From positions 591,200 to 655,199 of the forward strand of contig CAVUNA010000014.1 in the NCBI GenBank assembly GCA_963742605.1: a stretch of DNA of 64,000 nucleotides, read 5' to 3'. The position numbers and the translations under genes are program-made. Positions 46,056 to 55,441 of the stretch are shown piece after piece. Position 1 is the first letter of the stretch, and the number at the start of each line of letters is the position of its first letter. Source of the stretch: an uncultured Thermoleophilia bacterium. GTDB taxonomy: Bacteria > Actinomycetota > Thermoleophilia > Gaiellales > Gaiellaceae. Below the pieces are notes generated by a model. It ran no database searches and was not told the origin of the DNA. It saw only the letters and a list, made by a program, of their open reading frames with translations.

Positions 46056-46703
46056 ATGCTTCGCCGCAGGGGCACTGCGACGTTCGCGCTCCTCGTCCTC
46101 GTCGCCGAGGTCGTCGGGCGCAGCTTCACCGCGCGCGTCGACCGTGCCCTCCATGTCGCGCCGATGGCGCCGACCGGGGCCGACTACTACCCCTTCCTGC
46201 TCGTCGGCCTGAAGGCGGTTGTTGCGCTGGCCCTCGCCGGTCTGCTCGCGCGGCTCGTTCGTGCCCGGGCCGCCGCCGAGGCGGGCGAGCGCCTGCTCGA
46301 CGCGATCGGGCACAGCCACGCGCGGAACTCGCCGCGGCTCCGACCGGGGCTCTCGCCGCGGGTCTGGCTCGCCTCGTTCGCCTCGACGTCGCTGCTCTAC
46401 CTCGTCCACTCGGATGCCGATTCCGCCGCCGCGGGCCGCTGGGCCGTCTTCACGCCGTGGCTGCACAGCTACGCGCTGCCGGTGTTCGCCGCCGTCTCCG
46501 TGCTCGTCGCCGTCGCGTGGCGCTTCGCCCGCTGGCTGCACGAGGTCGAGGACTACGCCGTCCGCACCCTCGCGCGCGTACGCCATCTGCTGACGGCTCC
46601 ACTCGCGCTTCCGGTTCGCCGCGCCTGTGCGGCGGCAGACGCCGCTCCCCGGCGCCGGTTCGGCCTGGCCTTCGAGTGCCGGCCGCCTCCGCTGCCCGCC
46701 TGA
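46056..46703 (+). CDS. Hypothetical membrane protein
   Basis: 215-aa ORF with 3-4 hydrophobic helices. No family recognised. A CCCGCGG...CCGCGGG hairpin follows at 46704-46731. Confidence 0.4.
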   Translation: MLRRRGTATFALLVLVAEVVGRSFTARVDRALHVAPMAPTGADYYPFLLVGLKAVVALALAGLLARLVRARAAAEAGERLLDAIGHSHARNSPRLRPGLSPRVWLASFASTSLLYLVHSDADSAAAGRWAVFTPWLHSYALPVFAAVSVLVAVAWRFARWLHEVEDYAVRTLARVRHLLTAPLALPVRRACAAADAAPRRRFGLAFECRPPPLPA

Positions 46704-46767
46704 CCCGCGGGCACTTTCGACCGTCCGCGGGCGACTGGTGTCGTTCTCGATCTTTCGCGGAGGAGAA

Positions 46768-47052
46768 ATGCAGGGTTCCTACGTTCACCAACTCTCGACC
46801 TCGGATGTTCGGCGGCGAACCCGCCGAGCGCAGGTCGTCTCGTTCATCGGCCCGGTCACCGCCGCCGCCGGCGTGATCTGGGCGATCATCCAGCCGTACC
46901 GGCTGACGCTCCTGCACCCGCGTGGTCAGGGCTTCTGGTGGCTCGCGGTCGAGCCGCCGCTGCTGGTCGTCCTCGCCGGCATCGTCTTCACGCTGGTCGT
47001 CGCGCGGCCGCTCCTTGCCGACCTGGAGGCGCACGATGCTGCCGAGGGCTGA
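46768..47052 (+). CDS. Small two-TM membrane protein
   Basis: ATG 46768 is preceded by GGAGGAG. 94 aa with two hydrophobic helices. Confidence 0.4.
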   Translation: MQGSYVHQLSTSDVRRRTRRAQVVSFIGPVTAAAGVIWAIIQPYRLTLLHPRGQGFWWLAVEPPLLVVLAGIVFTLVVARPLLADLEAHDAAEG

Positions 47053-47620
47053 GATGGTGCATTGGCTGTTCGCGACGGGGATCCTGCTCGTCGGGCTGTG
47101 CCTGCTCTGCGAGGCGATCGTCGGCACGGAGGTGTGGCGGATGCGACCGTGGCGGAAGTACCTCTGGCCCGGGCTCGCCTTCACCCTCGGCGTCCTGCTG
47201 TGGCCCGTGATGGCCTTCTACACCAACTCGGCGATCCACATGTACGCGCACGGCTCGTGGGCGGAGGTGCTGATGCTCGCGGGCGGTGCCGAGCTCGGGT
47301 TGGTGCACGGCCGCTTGAAGTCGCCGCTCTGGCGGCTCACGTGGCCGCTCGCTCTCGCAGTCACCGGGATCGCGTTCATCGTGCACGAGCAGAACCCGTG
47401 GTTCTTCGCGCGCTCGGCGTTTCTCCACCACCTGCTCGGCTGGACGTTCCTGATCGCGGCGGTCGTCCCACTCGCACTCGTGTGGCGTCCGCGCTCGACG
47501 ACGCTCCAGTCGTTCTTTGCGCTGTCGATCGTCGTGGTCGCAGTGATGTTGTTCTGCGACCGCGACGTCGCTCCCGTCTTCGGCCACCTGTCGCCGCTCG
47601 CCGGGGTCGAGCATCGATGA
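47036..47620 (+). CDS. His-containing polytopic membrane protein upstream of copCD
   Basis: The start is ATG 47036 (GGAGG upstream) or ATG 47054. About 6 TM helices with conserved-looking His residues (HMYAHGSW, IVHEQNPW, FLHHLLGW). ATGA overlap with copCD. Confidence 0.45.
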   Translation: MLPRAEMVHWLFATGILLVGLCLLCEAIVGTEVWRMRPWRKYLWPGLAFTLGVLLWPVMAFYTNSAIHMYAHGSWAEVLMLAGGAELGLVHGRLKSPLWRLTWPLALAVTGIAFIVHEQNPWFFARSAFLHHLLGWTFLIAAVVPLALVWRPRSTTLQSFFALSIVVVAVMLFCDRDVAPVFGHLSPLAGVEHR

Positions 47621-48918
47621 GACGGTTCGTCGTCGTCTCGCTGATCGCACTTGCGTTCCCGGCTGCTGCATCGGCGCATGCCACGCTCCGTTCGACGACG
47701 CCGCACTTCGCGAAGGAGCTGCAACGCGGCCCGACCGTGATCGCCCTGCACTTCGACCAGGAGGTCACGATCCTGCCCGGGGCGATCAAGGTGCTGAACG
47801 GCCACGGCCGCGACTTCGCCGGCGCCGCCCGGGTGCGGGGCACCACGGTGACCGCCCCCGTGGCGAAGCTTCCCGCCGGCCCGTACACGGTGCGCTGGCA
47901 GGCGGTCTCGGCCGACTCGCACGTCGTCTCCGGCGTCTGGACGTTCGGCGTCCGCGTCAAGGCGCCGCCGGTGACCGAGGCATACGGCGCGGAGGGGCCG
48001 ACCGACACAGAGGCGGTCGTTCGCTGGATCTGGTTCCTCGGGCTCGCATTGACGATCGGGGCGCTCGGCTTTCGGCTGATCTGCCTGCGGCGGCTGTCGG
48101 TGCCGCAGGCGCTCGACCGGAGGATCGCCGTGGCCGCCGGGCTCGGCTGCGTGGTGAGCCTCCAGGCCGGGATCGCGGCGTTCTCGCTCCGCGCAGAGGA
48201 TGCGCTCCAGCTTCCGTTCGGGCGCTTCCTCTACGGGGATCTGTCACCGATGGCGCAGACGCGGTTCGGCGAGGCGTTCGTGACGATGACGCTCGGCTTT
48301 GCGCTCGTCCTCGCGCTCGTATACCTCGCCTGGCTTCTCGATCGCGTCGTCTTCTTCGTCCCTGCGTTCGTGCTCTCGCTCGTCTTCGTCGCCGGGCTGT
48401 CCGTGTCGGGGCATGACGCAGTCGACCCCGGCTCGTCCTGGAAGACCGAGATAGCCGACTGGGTGCATCTCTCCGGCGCATCCATCTGGATCGGCGGATT
48501 GGCGACGATGGCGGTGCTCCTCTGGTTCGGGGCTCCGGAGCTCCGTCGCCCGGCCTTCGCAAACTTCTCGCAGCTTGCCACCGTGGTGATCGCGCTCGTG
48601 CTGGCCGCCGGGACGTATCTCGGGATCGTCCGGCTCCCGCACCTGCACGACCTGTGGACGACCGGCTACGGGCGCGTGCTGCTCGTCAAGCTCTCGCTCG
48701 TCTCGCTCGCGCTGCTCTGGGGTGCGTTCCACAAGTTCGTGATCGGACCGGCCCTCGAACGTGCCGACACGGGGTTCCTCTCGCGCATCGGCGGCAGCCT
48801 GATCGGCGAGAGCATCGTCGGCATGGTCGTGCTGCTCGTCGCGGCAGTCCTCGTCGACTCGAAGCCGCCGCCGCGTCCTGTTCCCGCGCCGCCGGCGCAG
48901 GCGGCGTCGTTGCGGTGA
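47617..48918 (+). CDS. CopC-CopD fusion copper-resistance/transport protein (YcnJ-like)
   Basis: ATG 47617 lies inside track ORF 47062-48918. A signal peptide is followed by mature HATLRSTTP... and WQAVSADSHVVSG (CopC), then about 8 TM helices (CopD). Confidence 0.8.
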   Translation: MRRFVVVSLIALAFPAAASAHATLRSTTPHFAKELQRGPTVIALHFDQEVTILPGAIKVLNGHGRDFAGAARVRGTTVTAPVAKLPAGPYTVRWQAVSADSHVVSGVWTFGVRVKAPPVTEAYGAEGPTDTEAVVRWIWFLGLALTIGALGFRLICLRRLSVPQALDRRIAVAAGLGCVVSLQAGIAAFSLRAEDALQLPFGRFLYGDLSPMAQTRFGEAFVTMTLGFALVLALVYLAWLLDRVVFFVPAFVLSLVFVAGLSVSGHDAVDPGSSWKTEIADWVHLSGASIWIGGLATMAVLLWFGAPELRRPAFANFSQLATVVIALVLAAGTYLGIVRLPHLHDLWTTGYGRVLLVKLSLVSLALLWGAFHKFVIGPALERADTGFLSRIGGSLIGESIVGMVVLLVAAVLVDSKPPPRPVPAPPAQAASLR

Positions 48919-48974
48919 TCTGAATTGCCGATCGAGTGTGGCCGTGCCCCGGCGGTGCGGTCACACTCGGGGGC

Positions 48975-49838
48975 ATGCGGATGTTCCTCGCAGCGGTGGT
49001 GGCGGCACTCGTGGCGACGCCGTCGACGCTGAAGGTCGACGTCGGCGAGGCGAACTACGGCCTTGCCGTCGGAGGCGGGAGCGTCTGGGTCGGTGGTCTC
49101 GACGGCGGTGACGTCCTGCGCGTCGATCCCGGGACCGGTCGCGTTCTGCGACGCGTGAGCGTCGGCGTCCGCATCTTCAACCTCGCCGCTGCCCCCGGCG
49201 CGGTCTGGGCCGTGTCGAACATCACGTCGACCGTTGTCCGGATCGACACGCGGAGCGGTCGCGTCACTGCGACCGTGCGGGTCGGCGTGGCTCCGTACGA
49301 CGTCGCGTGGGGCTTCGGCTCGGCCTGGGTGTCGAACTCGGGCGACGGAACGGTGTCGCGTGTGACGGGCAACCGCGTCGTGAGCACGATCAAGGTCGGC
49401 ATCGAGCCGAACGGTCTCACCGCCTACCACGGTTCGATCTGGGTGAGCGATCACACCGCCGGGAAAGTGGTGCGGATCGATCCGCAGACGAATCGTGTCA
49501 CCGGCAGCGTGCAGCTTCCCGGCGCCGACTGGATCACCGGGCTCGGTCGTTCGATCTACGTCTCGGAGGAGACGAATGTGGTGGCACGCGTCGACGTGCA
49601 GACCTTGAAGATCCTCGGCAAAGCGAAGGTCGCGCGAAACCCGCTCGGCTCGGCGGTCGTCGCGGATCACGAGCTCTGGGTTCCGTGCATCGACGCGAAC
49701 GAGGTCGACGTCGTCGACCCGTCGACGATGCAGGTGATCAGGCGACTGAAGGCCGGCTCCGGGCCGATCGTCGTGCTGTCCGCGTTCGGCCACCGGTGGG
49801 TCTCGCACTCGACCGCCAACGAGGTCTGGCGGCTCTAG
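48975..49838 (+). CDS. Secreted beta-propeller repeat protein (YVTN/YncE-like ~40-residue repeats)
   Basis: About seven repeats of the pattern VxRIDxxTxRVxxxVxVGxxP...W(V/A)S. Confidence 0.6.
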   Translation: MRMFLAAVVAALVATPSTLKVDVGEANYGLAVGGGSVWVGGLDGGDVLRVDPGTGRVLRRVSVGVRIFNLAAAPGAVWAVSNITSTVVRIDTRSGRVTATVRVGVAPYDVAWGFGSAWVSNSGDGTVSRVTGNRVVSTIKVGIEPNGLTAYHGSIWVSDHTAGKVVRIDPQTNRVTGSVQLPGADWITGLGRSIYVSEETNVVARVDVQTLKILGKAKVARNPLGSAVVADHELWVPCIDANEVDVVDPSTMQVIRRLKAGSGPIVVLSAFGHRWVSHSTANEVWRL

Positions 49839-49847
49839 TCTTTGCCC

Positions 49848-51092
49848 GTGGAGCTGCTGGACTATCGCGACCGCTTTCCGATCCTCGGGTCGACGACCTA
49901 CCTGATCAACCACTCGCTCGGCGCGATGCCGGCCGAGGCCGCGGTCAGGCTGCAGCGGTTCGCGGACGAATGGGCGACGCGTGGTGCGCGCGCCTGGGGC
50001 GAGGGCTGGTGGGCAACGCCGCTCACGGTGGGCAACCTGCTCGGCCGTGTGATCGGTGCGGCGCCGGGCACCGTCGTCATGCACCAGAACGTCACGGTTG
50101 CGGAGGCGGTCGTGCTCTCGTGTTTCGACCTGAAGCCGCCACGCAACCGCATCGTCTTCGAGGAAGGGCTCTTCCCGTCGGTGCGCTACGTCCAGCAGGC
50201 GTGGGCGCGCTTCGGCGCCGACGTCGTCGTCTGCGAGGACGCCGACGCGGTGATCGCGGCGATCGACGAGCGGACGCTGCTCGTCCCCGTGTCGCACGTG
50301 CTGTACAAGTCCGGTGAGATCCAGCCCGTCGAGCGGATCGTCGAGCGCGCCCGTGCAGCCGGCGCTTACGTCTGCCTCGACGCGTACCAATCTGCGGGCA
50401 CGGTCCCGCTCGACGTGACGGCGCTCGGGGTCGAGTTCTGCGTCGGTGGGTCGGTGAAGTGGCTCTGCGGCGGCCCGGGCGCAGGCTGGCTCTATGTCCG
50501 CCCGGATGTCGCCGAGCGGCTCGAGCCGGCGTTCGCCGGATGGCAGGCGCACGAGGAGCCGTTCGCGTTCGAGCCGGAGATGCGCTACGCCGAAGGTGCT
50601 GCGCGGTTCCTCACCGGCACGCCGAACGTGCCTGCGCTCTACGCCGCGAGTGCGGGCTACGAGATCCTCGCCGAGATCGGCATCGACCGGATCCGGGCCA
50701 ACTCGATGCGCCAGACGGCCCTGCTCGTCGACCTGGTCGACGCGGCCGGGTTCGAGCTCACGTCACCGCGTGAGCCCGAGAGCCGTGGCGGCTCGGTCGT
50801 CTTCTCGGTGCCCGAGTTCCGGGCGGTCCACGCCGAGCTGGCTGCGCGCGACATCATCTGCGACTACCGGCCGGAGGCGGGCATCCGTTTCGGGCCGCAC
50901 TTCTTCACGACCGACGACGAGCTCCGCTTCGCCGTCGCGCAGGTGACGGAGATCCTCGAGTCGGGCGCTCACCTCGGCACGCCGGCGCGGTCGCGGGCTT
51001 CTAGAAGCTCTCACAAAATAAGGGTTGTGTCGCCCGGCTGCGCTCGGCGGCGCGCTGCTGCGTCCTCGGTCGCGTCCATATGTCTCATATGA
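49848..51092 (+). CDS. Kynureninase-like class V PLP enzyme; 3' end runs into a palindromic element
   Basis: LDYRDRFPILGSTTYLINHSLGAMP and GGSVKWLCGGPGAGWLYV (PLP-Lys context). The last ~30 codons (SRSSHKIRVVSPGCARRRAAASSVASICLI*) are encoded by the repeat at 51003-51165. Confidence 0.65.
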   Translation: MELLDYRDRFPILGSTTYLINHSLGAMPAEAAVRLQRFADEWATRGARAWGEGWWATPLTVGNLLGRVIGAAPGTVVMHQNVTVAEAVVLSCFDLKPPRNRIVFEEGLFPSVRYVQQAWARFGADVVVCEDADAVIAAIDERTLLVPVSHVLYKSGEIQPVERIVERARAAGAYVCLDAYQSAGTVPLDVTALGVEFCVGGSVKWLCGGPGAGWLYVRPDVAERLEPAFAGWQAHEEPFAFEPEMRYAEGAARFLTGTPNVPALYAASAGYEILAEIGIDRIRANSMRQTALLVDLVDAAGFELTSPREPESRGGSVVFSVPEFRAVHAELAARDIICDYRPEAGIRFGPHFFTTDDELRFAVAQVTEILESGAHLGTPARSRASRSSHKIRVVSPGCARRRAAASSVASICLI

Positions 51093-51165
51093 ACGCTCCC
51101 TGCGTCCTTGCATCGCACTCGCCGAACGCACCCGGATCGACGAACCTCATTCTGTGAGAGCTTCT
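51003..51165. repeat. 163-bp imperfect palindromic (MITE-like) element
   Basis: Terminal inverted repeats AGAAGCTCTCACAaAAT (51003-19) and ATTcTGTGAGAGCTTCT (51149-65): 13 bp perfect, 16/17 overall. The arms remain partly complementary for about 50 bp. There is an internal 8-bp direct repeat TGCGTCCT (51059, 51101). The central palindrome GCGTcCATATGtctCATATGaACGC is centred exactly at 51084. The region is visibly less GC-rich. Confidence 0.6.
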
Positions 51166-51192
51166 TGCGCAATCCTGGTCCACACTCCGTGA

Positions 51193-52232
51193 GTGAGAGA
51201 GGAGTCGACACGGCTCGGGTCGATCGCATCGCTCGTGGACCGAGTCGCTCATGCCGCTCCGGGCCGGGTCGCGCTGGCCGCACCAGGGCGCTCACCGCTC
51301 GGGTACGGCAGCCTTCACTCGCTCGTCACGTCGGTGACGGCCGAGTTGCGCGAGCGCGGGCTCGAGACCCACGATCGTGTCGCGCTCGTCGTCGAGAACG
51401 GTCCCGAGGCCGCGACCGCGTTTCTGGCTCTCGCTGCTGCAGGCGCGTGCGCTCCGCTCAACCCGTCCTATCGTCGTGCCGAATTCGACTTCTACCTCGA
51501 CGACCTCGACGCCCGGGCCGTCGTCGTTTCGCGCAACCTCGCCTCGCCGGTGCGGGAGGCTGCGGCCGAGCGCGGGATCGCGGTGCTCGAGCTCGACGCC
51601 GACCTCGAGGCGCCGAGCGGGACGTTCACCCTGGACGGGCCGTCTCTCGGTGCCCAGCCGCTCCACGCGTCGGCCCTCGATGACGCCGCTCTGCTGCTCC
51701 ACACCTCCGGGACGACGTCGCGGCCGAAGCTGGTGCCGCTGACGCATCGGAATCTGCTCACGTCGGCGCGCAACGTCGCCGCGACGTTGGCATTGCGTCC
51801 CGACGATCGGTGCCTGAACGTGATGCCGCTGTTCCACATTCACGGCCTCGTGGCTGCACTCCTGGCATCGCTGGACGCCGGTGCTTCTGTCGTCTGCACG
51901 CCAGGGTTTCACCAGATCCGCGTGTTCGAGTGGTTCGGCGACGCCGAGCCGACGTGGCTCACAGCGGTGCCGACGATGCACCGCGCCGTGCTTGCGCGCC
52001 GGAACGACCACGAGGACGTGCTCCGGGATCACCGCCTGCGGTTTCTTCGCTCTTCGTCGGCGTCTCTCCCGGTATCAACCCTCGAGCAGCTGGAAGAGTC
52101 GTTCGGCGTGCCGGTGATCGAGGCGTATGGGATGACGGAGGCGGCGCATCAGATGGCGAGCAACCCACTGCCCCCGGGCGTGCGCAAGCCCGGTTCGGTC
52201 GGTCCTGCGTCGGGCGAACCGGTGTCGCAGCC
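51193..52232 (+). pseudogene. AMP-dependent synthetase/ligase (acyl-CoA synthetase), 3'-truncated
   Basis: The N-terminal ~345 aa are good: LLHTSGTTSRPKLVPLTH (AMP-binding motif I), IEAYGMTEAA, KPGSVGPASG. Similarity stops at about 52230, exactly where the convergent DUF72 gene ends (52235). The remaining track ORF to 52629 is antisense to DUF72. Confidence 0.65.
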
Positions 52233-52234
52233 GG

Positions 52235-52834
52235 CTAGTCGAGGATCGCACGCAGCTTCGCCGCATAGACGGGTGCCGTCGGCTCGTCCTCGTGACGAAG
52301 GTAGATGTAGGCCGGGTCGCGCACACCGGTTGCTGCTTCACGCAGATCGTCGTCCGAATACGGCGGCTCGCGCAGCCGTAGGTAACGAAAAGGCTCCGCG
52401 GCCGGATCGCCGACGCGCACGTACTCGCCGCCTGCTTCGGCCCACGAGTCGTGCCGCAGATCCCACGCGAGCTCGACGCCGGCAGGCGCGGAGCCTTCGA
52501 CGAACGACACGAGCCCGTCGTCGCGCGCAGCCTCGACGACCACCCGGATCGGCCCGAGCCGGTCGCCGAGTGCGAGCACCCGCTCGAGGAACGGCGTCAC
52601 GCGGTCGAGCCGGGTCAGCGGCAGCTTGACGGCGAACCGGAACCCCTCCGGCACCGATTCGGCCCAGCGCCGGAACTGATCCTCGCTCGGGAGGCGGTAT
52701 CCCGTCGAATTCAGCTCGACGGTGTCGAAGCGCTCGGCGTAGAAGCGCAGGAAGTCGGACGGTTGCATCCCGTCGGGATAGAAGCCGCCGCGCCAGGACG
52801 GGTACGACCAGCCGGAGGTCCCGACCCTGATCAC
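52235..52834 (-). CDS. DUF72 family protein
   Basis: GTG 52834 lies inside track ORF 52235-53089. VIRVGTSGWSYPSWRGGFYP...FLRFYAERFDTVELNSTGYRLP is the typical DUF72 N-terminus. It is short (199 aa) for the family. Confidence 0.7.
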   Translation of the reverse strand: MIRVGTSGWSYPSWRGGFYPDGMQPSDFLRFYAERFDTVELNSTGYRLPSEDQFRRWAESVPEGFRFAVKLPLTRLDRVTPFLERVLALGDRLGPIRVVVEAARDDGLVSFVEGSAPAGVELAWDLRHDSWAEAGGEYVRVGDPAAEPFRYLRLREPPYSDDDLREAATGVRDPAYIYLRHEDEPTAPVYAAKLRAILD

Positions 52835-52868
52835 GCCGCAGAGATAGCAGGGATGATGATGTCCGGGA

Positions 52869-52886
52869 CGCGGACTAGGGTCCGCG
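52869..52886. promoter_or_regulatory. 7-4-7 palindrome just upstream of thyX
   Basis: CGCGGACtaggGTCCGCG lies 5 nt before the TTG start, in the 56-nt divergent DUF72/thyX spacer. Confidence 0.2.
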
Positions 52887-52890
52887 AACT

Positions 52891-54192
52891 TTGACCGTGA
52901 CCGAGACGACTCCTGACAACACGACCCGTCTCCTCGACCATGGATTCGTGCGTCTCGACGGGGCACTTGCCGACGATCTCTCGGTCGTGAACGGCGCCCG
53001 CGTCTCGTTCGCACGCCGCAAGGAGCAGATGGACGCGTCCGACGAGGGGCTGATCCGGTTCCTGATGCGCGACCGGCACGGCTCCCCATTCGAGCACAAC
53101 GCGTTCCGCTTCCACGTGCGGTGCCCGATCTTCGTCGCGCGCGAATGGTTTCGCCACCGGATCGGTTGCCTGACGGGCGAGACCGAGGTCACGTTCGTGA
53201 ACATCAACGGCGAGGCTTGCGCGCGGAAGACGCTGGATGAGTTGTGGGAGATGTGCAGTGGCGACTCGAACTGGCGGGTGCGGCGGATGCCTGTCCGCGT
53301 CCTCGACGAAGAGACGGGGACCTTCACGGTCGGGCACATCGGAGACGTCATTGACAAGGGCACTCAACCCGTCTACCGGCTGACGCTGGCCGACGGGAAG
53401 GAATTGACGCTGACCGAAAATCATCGGCTTCTGACCGATTCCGGCTGGAGGCACATGCGCGAGGCGATCGGCCTCGTTGGAGATGGTGGCGAAGCCATGA
53501 TGGCTCGGCCGTGCTCGTTGCTGACGAACGGCGTACCGGTCTATCAGGAAGCCCGTGACGCCGAGCTGTCGTTCGCGCGTCGCTTCGGTGATCGTGTCGG
53601 CTTCGTCGAGGAACGTGACGCGTCGACCCGACGCGGATTCAAGCTGGCAGCGCATCCGGTCCGGGTGGTGGCGGTCGAGTATGTCGGCCTTCGCCGCACG
53701 TTCGACCTGAGCATCGAAGGCCGGTGGCACAACTTCCTCGCGAACGGGATCGTCGTCCACAACTCCTTCAACGAGTTCAGTCTTCGGTATGCGAAGGCGA
53801 CCGATGACTTCTACGTGCCGGAGGTCGCGGACGTGCGAACCCAGGTCGGGAAGCCCGGCGCCTACACCTTCGAACCGGTCGACGACGAGTTGGCCGAGAC
53901 GACGCGCGACGAGCTCCGGGCGGTCTACGACCACGCCTACGAGACGTACACCCGCCTGGTCGAGCGGGGGGTGGCGCGGGAGCTGGCCCGCTCGGTGCTC
54001 CCGGTCGGCGCCTACACCCAGTTCTACTGGACCGTCAACGCCCGGGCGCTGATGAACTTCGTCTCGCTCCGGAACTCCGAGTTCGCGCAGCTCGAGATCC
54101 GGCGCTACGCCGAGGCGGTGGAGGCCTTTTTCGCCGAATTGATGCCGGTGACGCACCAGGCTTTCGTCGAGAACGGGCGAATGGCTCCTTAG
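52891..54192 (+). CDS. thyX: Flavin-dependent thymidylate synthase ThyX, interrupted by an intein
   Basis: 433-aa ORF. The exteins join to ...FVAREWFRHRIG|SFNEFSLRYAKA..., recreating the ThyX motif RHRxxSxNxxSxR. The C-extein has ARELARSVLPVGAYTQFYWTVNARALMNFVSLR. Confidence 0.9.
   Translation: MTVTETTPDNTTRLLDHGFVRLDGALADDLSVVNGARVSFARRKEQMDASDEGLIRFLMRDRHGSPFEHNAFRFHVRCPIFVAREWFRHRIGCLTGETEVTFVNINGEACARKTLDELWEMCSGDSNWRVRRMPVRVLDEETGTFTVGHIGDVIDKGTQPVYRLTLADGKELTLTENHRLLTDSGWRHMREAIGLVGDGGEAMMARPCSLLTNGVPVYQEARDAELSFARRFGDRVGFVEERDASTRRGFKLAAHPVRVVAVEYVGLRRTFDLSIEGRWHNFLANGIVVHNSFNEFSLRYAKATDDFYVPEVADVRTQVGKPGAYTFEPVDDELAETTRDELRAVYDHAYETYTRLVERGVARELARSVLPVGAYTQFYWTVNARALMNFVSLRNSEFAQLEIRRYAEAVEAFFAELMPVTHQAFVENGRMAP
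53167..53763 (+). mobile_element. 199-aa mini-intein within thyX
   Basis: It starts at Cys (CLTGETEV, block A), has block B GKELTLTENHRLLT, and ends TFDLSIEGRWHNFLANGIVVHN (blocks F/G), followed by Ser+1. No homing-endonuclease motif is recognised. Confidence 0.85.
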
Positions 54193-54206
54193 ACAGGTCT
54201 TATGCA

Positions 54207-54233
54207 GGCTTAACGACCCGCCGGGTCGAAGCC
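54207..54233 (+). terminator. Hairpin after thyX
   Basis: GGCTTaacGACCCgccGGGTCgAAGCC, 15 nt after the stop. Confidence 0.4.
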
Positions 54234-54371
54234 TTACAGACTTGTAACAAAATGTCACTAAGTTCTGACGGCCAGGGGGAATAGCTCCTGGATCCACGCC
54301 GTTTTCATCTTCGACAGTGGCGCGCAGGGCAAACCGCGCGCCCGTCTTCCTCGAAGACAAGAAGGAGCACG

Positions 54372-55415
<1,044 letters not shown>

Positions 55416-55419
55416 GCCG

Positions 55420-55441
55420 CGCCGGCGAGGCGCTTCGCCGG
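55420..55441 (+). terminator. Hairpin after the sigma factor gene
   Basis: GCCGGCGA-ggcgct-TCGCCGGC, 5 nt after the stop. Confidence 0.4.

Noticed and set aside
44501-50552. Minus-strand ORFs 44501-46129 (542 aa) and 48666-50552 (628 aa). Similar cases are 32078-33589, 35087-36103, 36578-37567, 39953-41509, 52831-54360, 54258-55520 and 62338-63681.
   Set aside because: Each lies opposite a gene with clear family signatures (flippase-like/lepB, copCD/propeller/kynureninase-like, O-antigen ligase, epimerase, holB, Vps62-like, thyX, sigma factor, antiporter). All have the Arg/Asp/Gly-rich antisense composition.
51193-52629. The full 478-aa ORF as an intact acyl-CoA synthetase.
   Set aside because: After residue ~345 the sequence is Arg/Pro/Ala-rich nonsense encoded antisense to DUF72, and the C-terminal AMP-binding domain motifs are absent.
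54193-54371. Explicit -35/-10 assignment for the sigma-factor gene in the AT-rich upstream region (TTACAG ... TAAGTT, TTGTAA).
   Set aside because: The hexamer spacings I can construct are 11 or 19 nt, neither convincing. I report the region only as a probable promoter/long leader, within the gene evidence.
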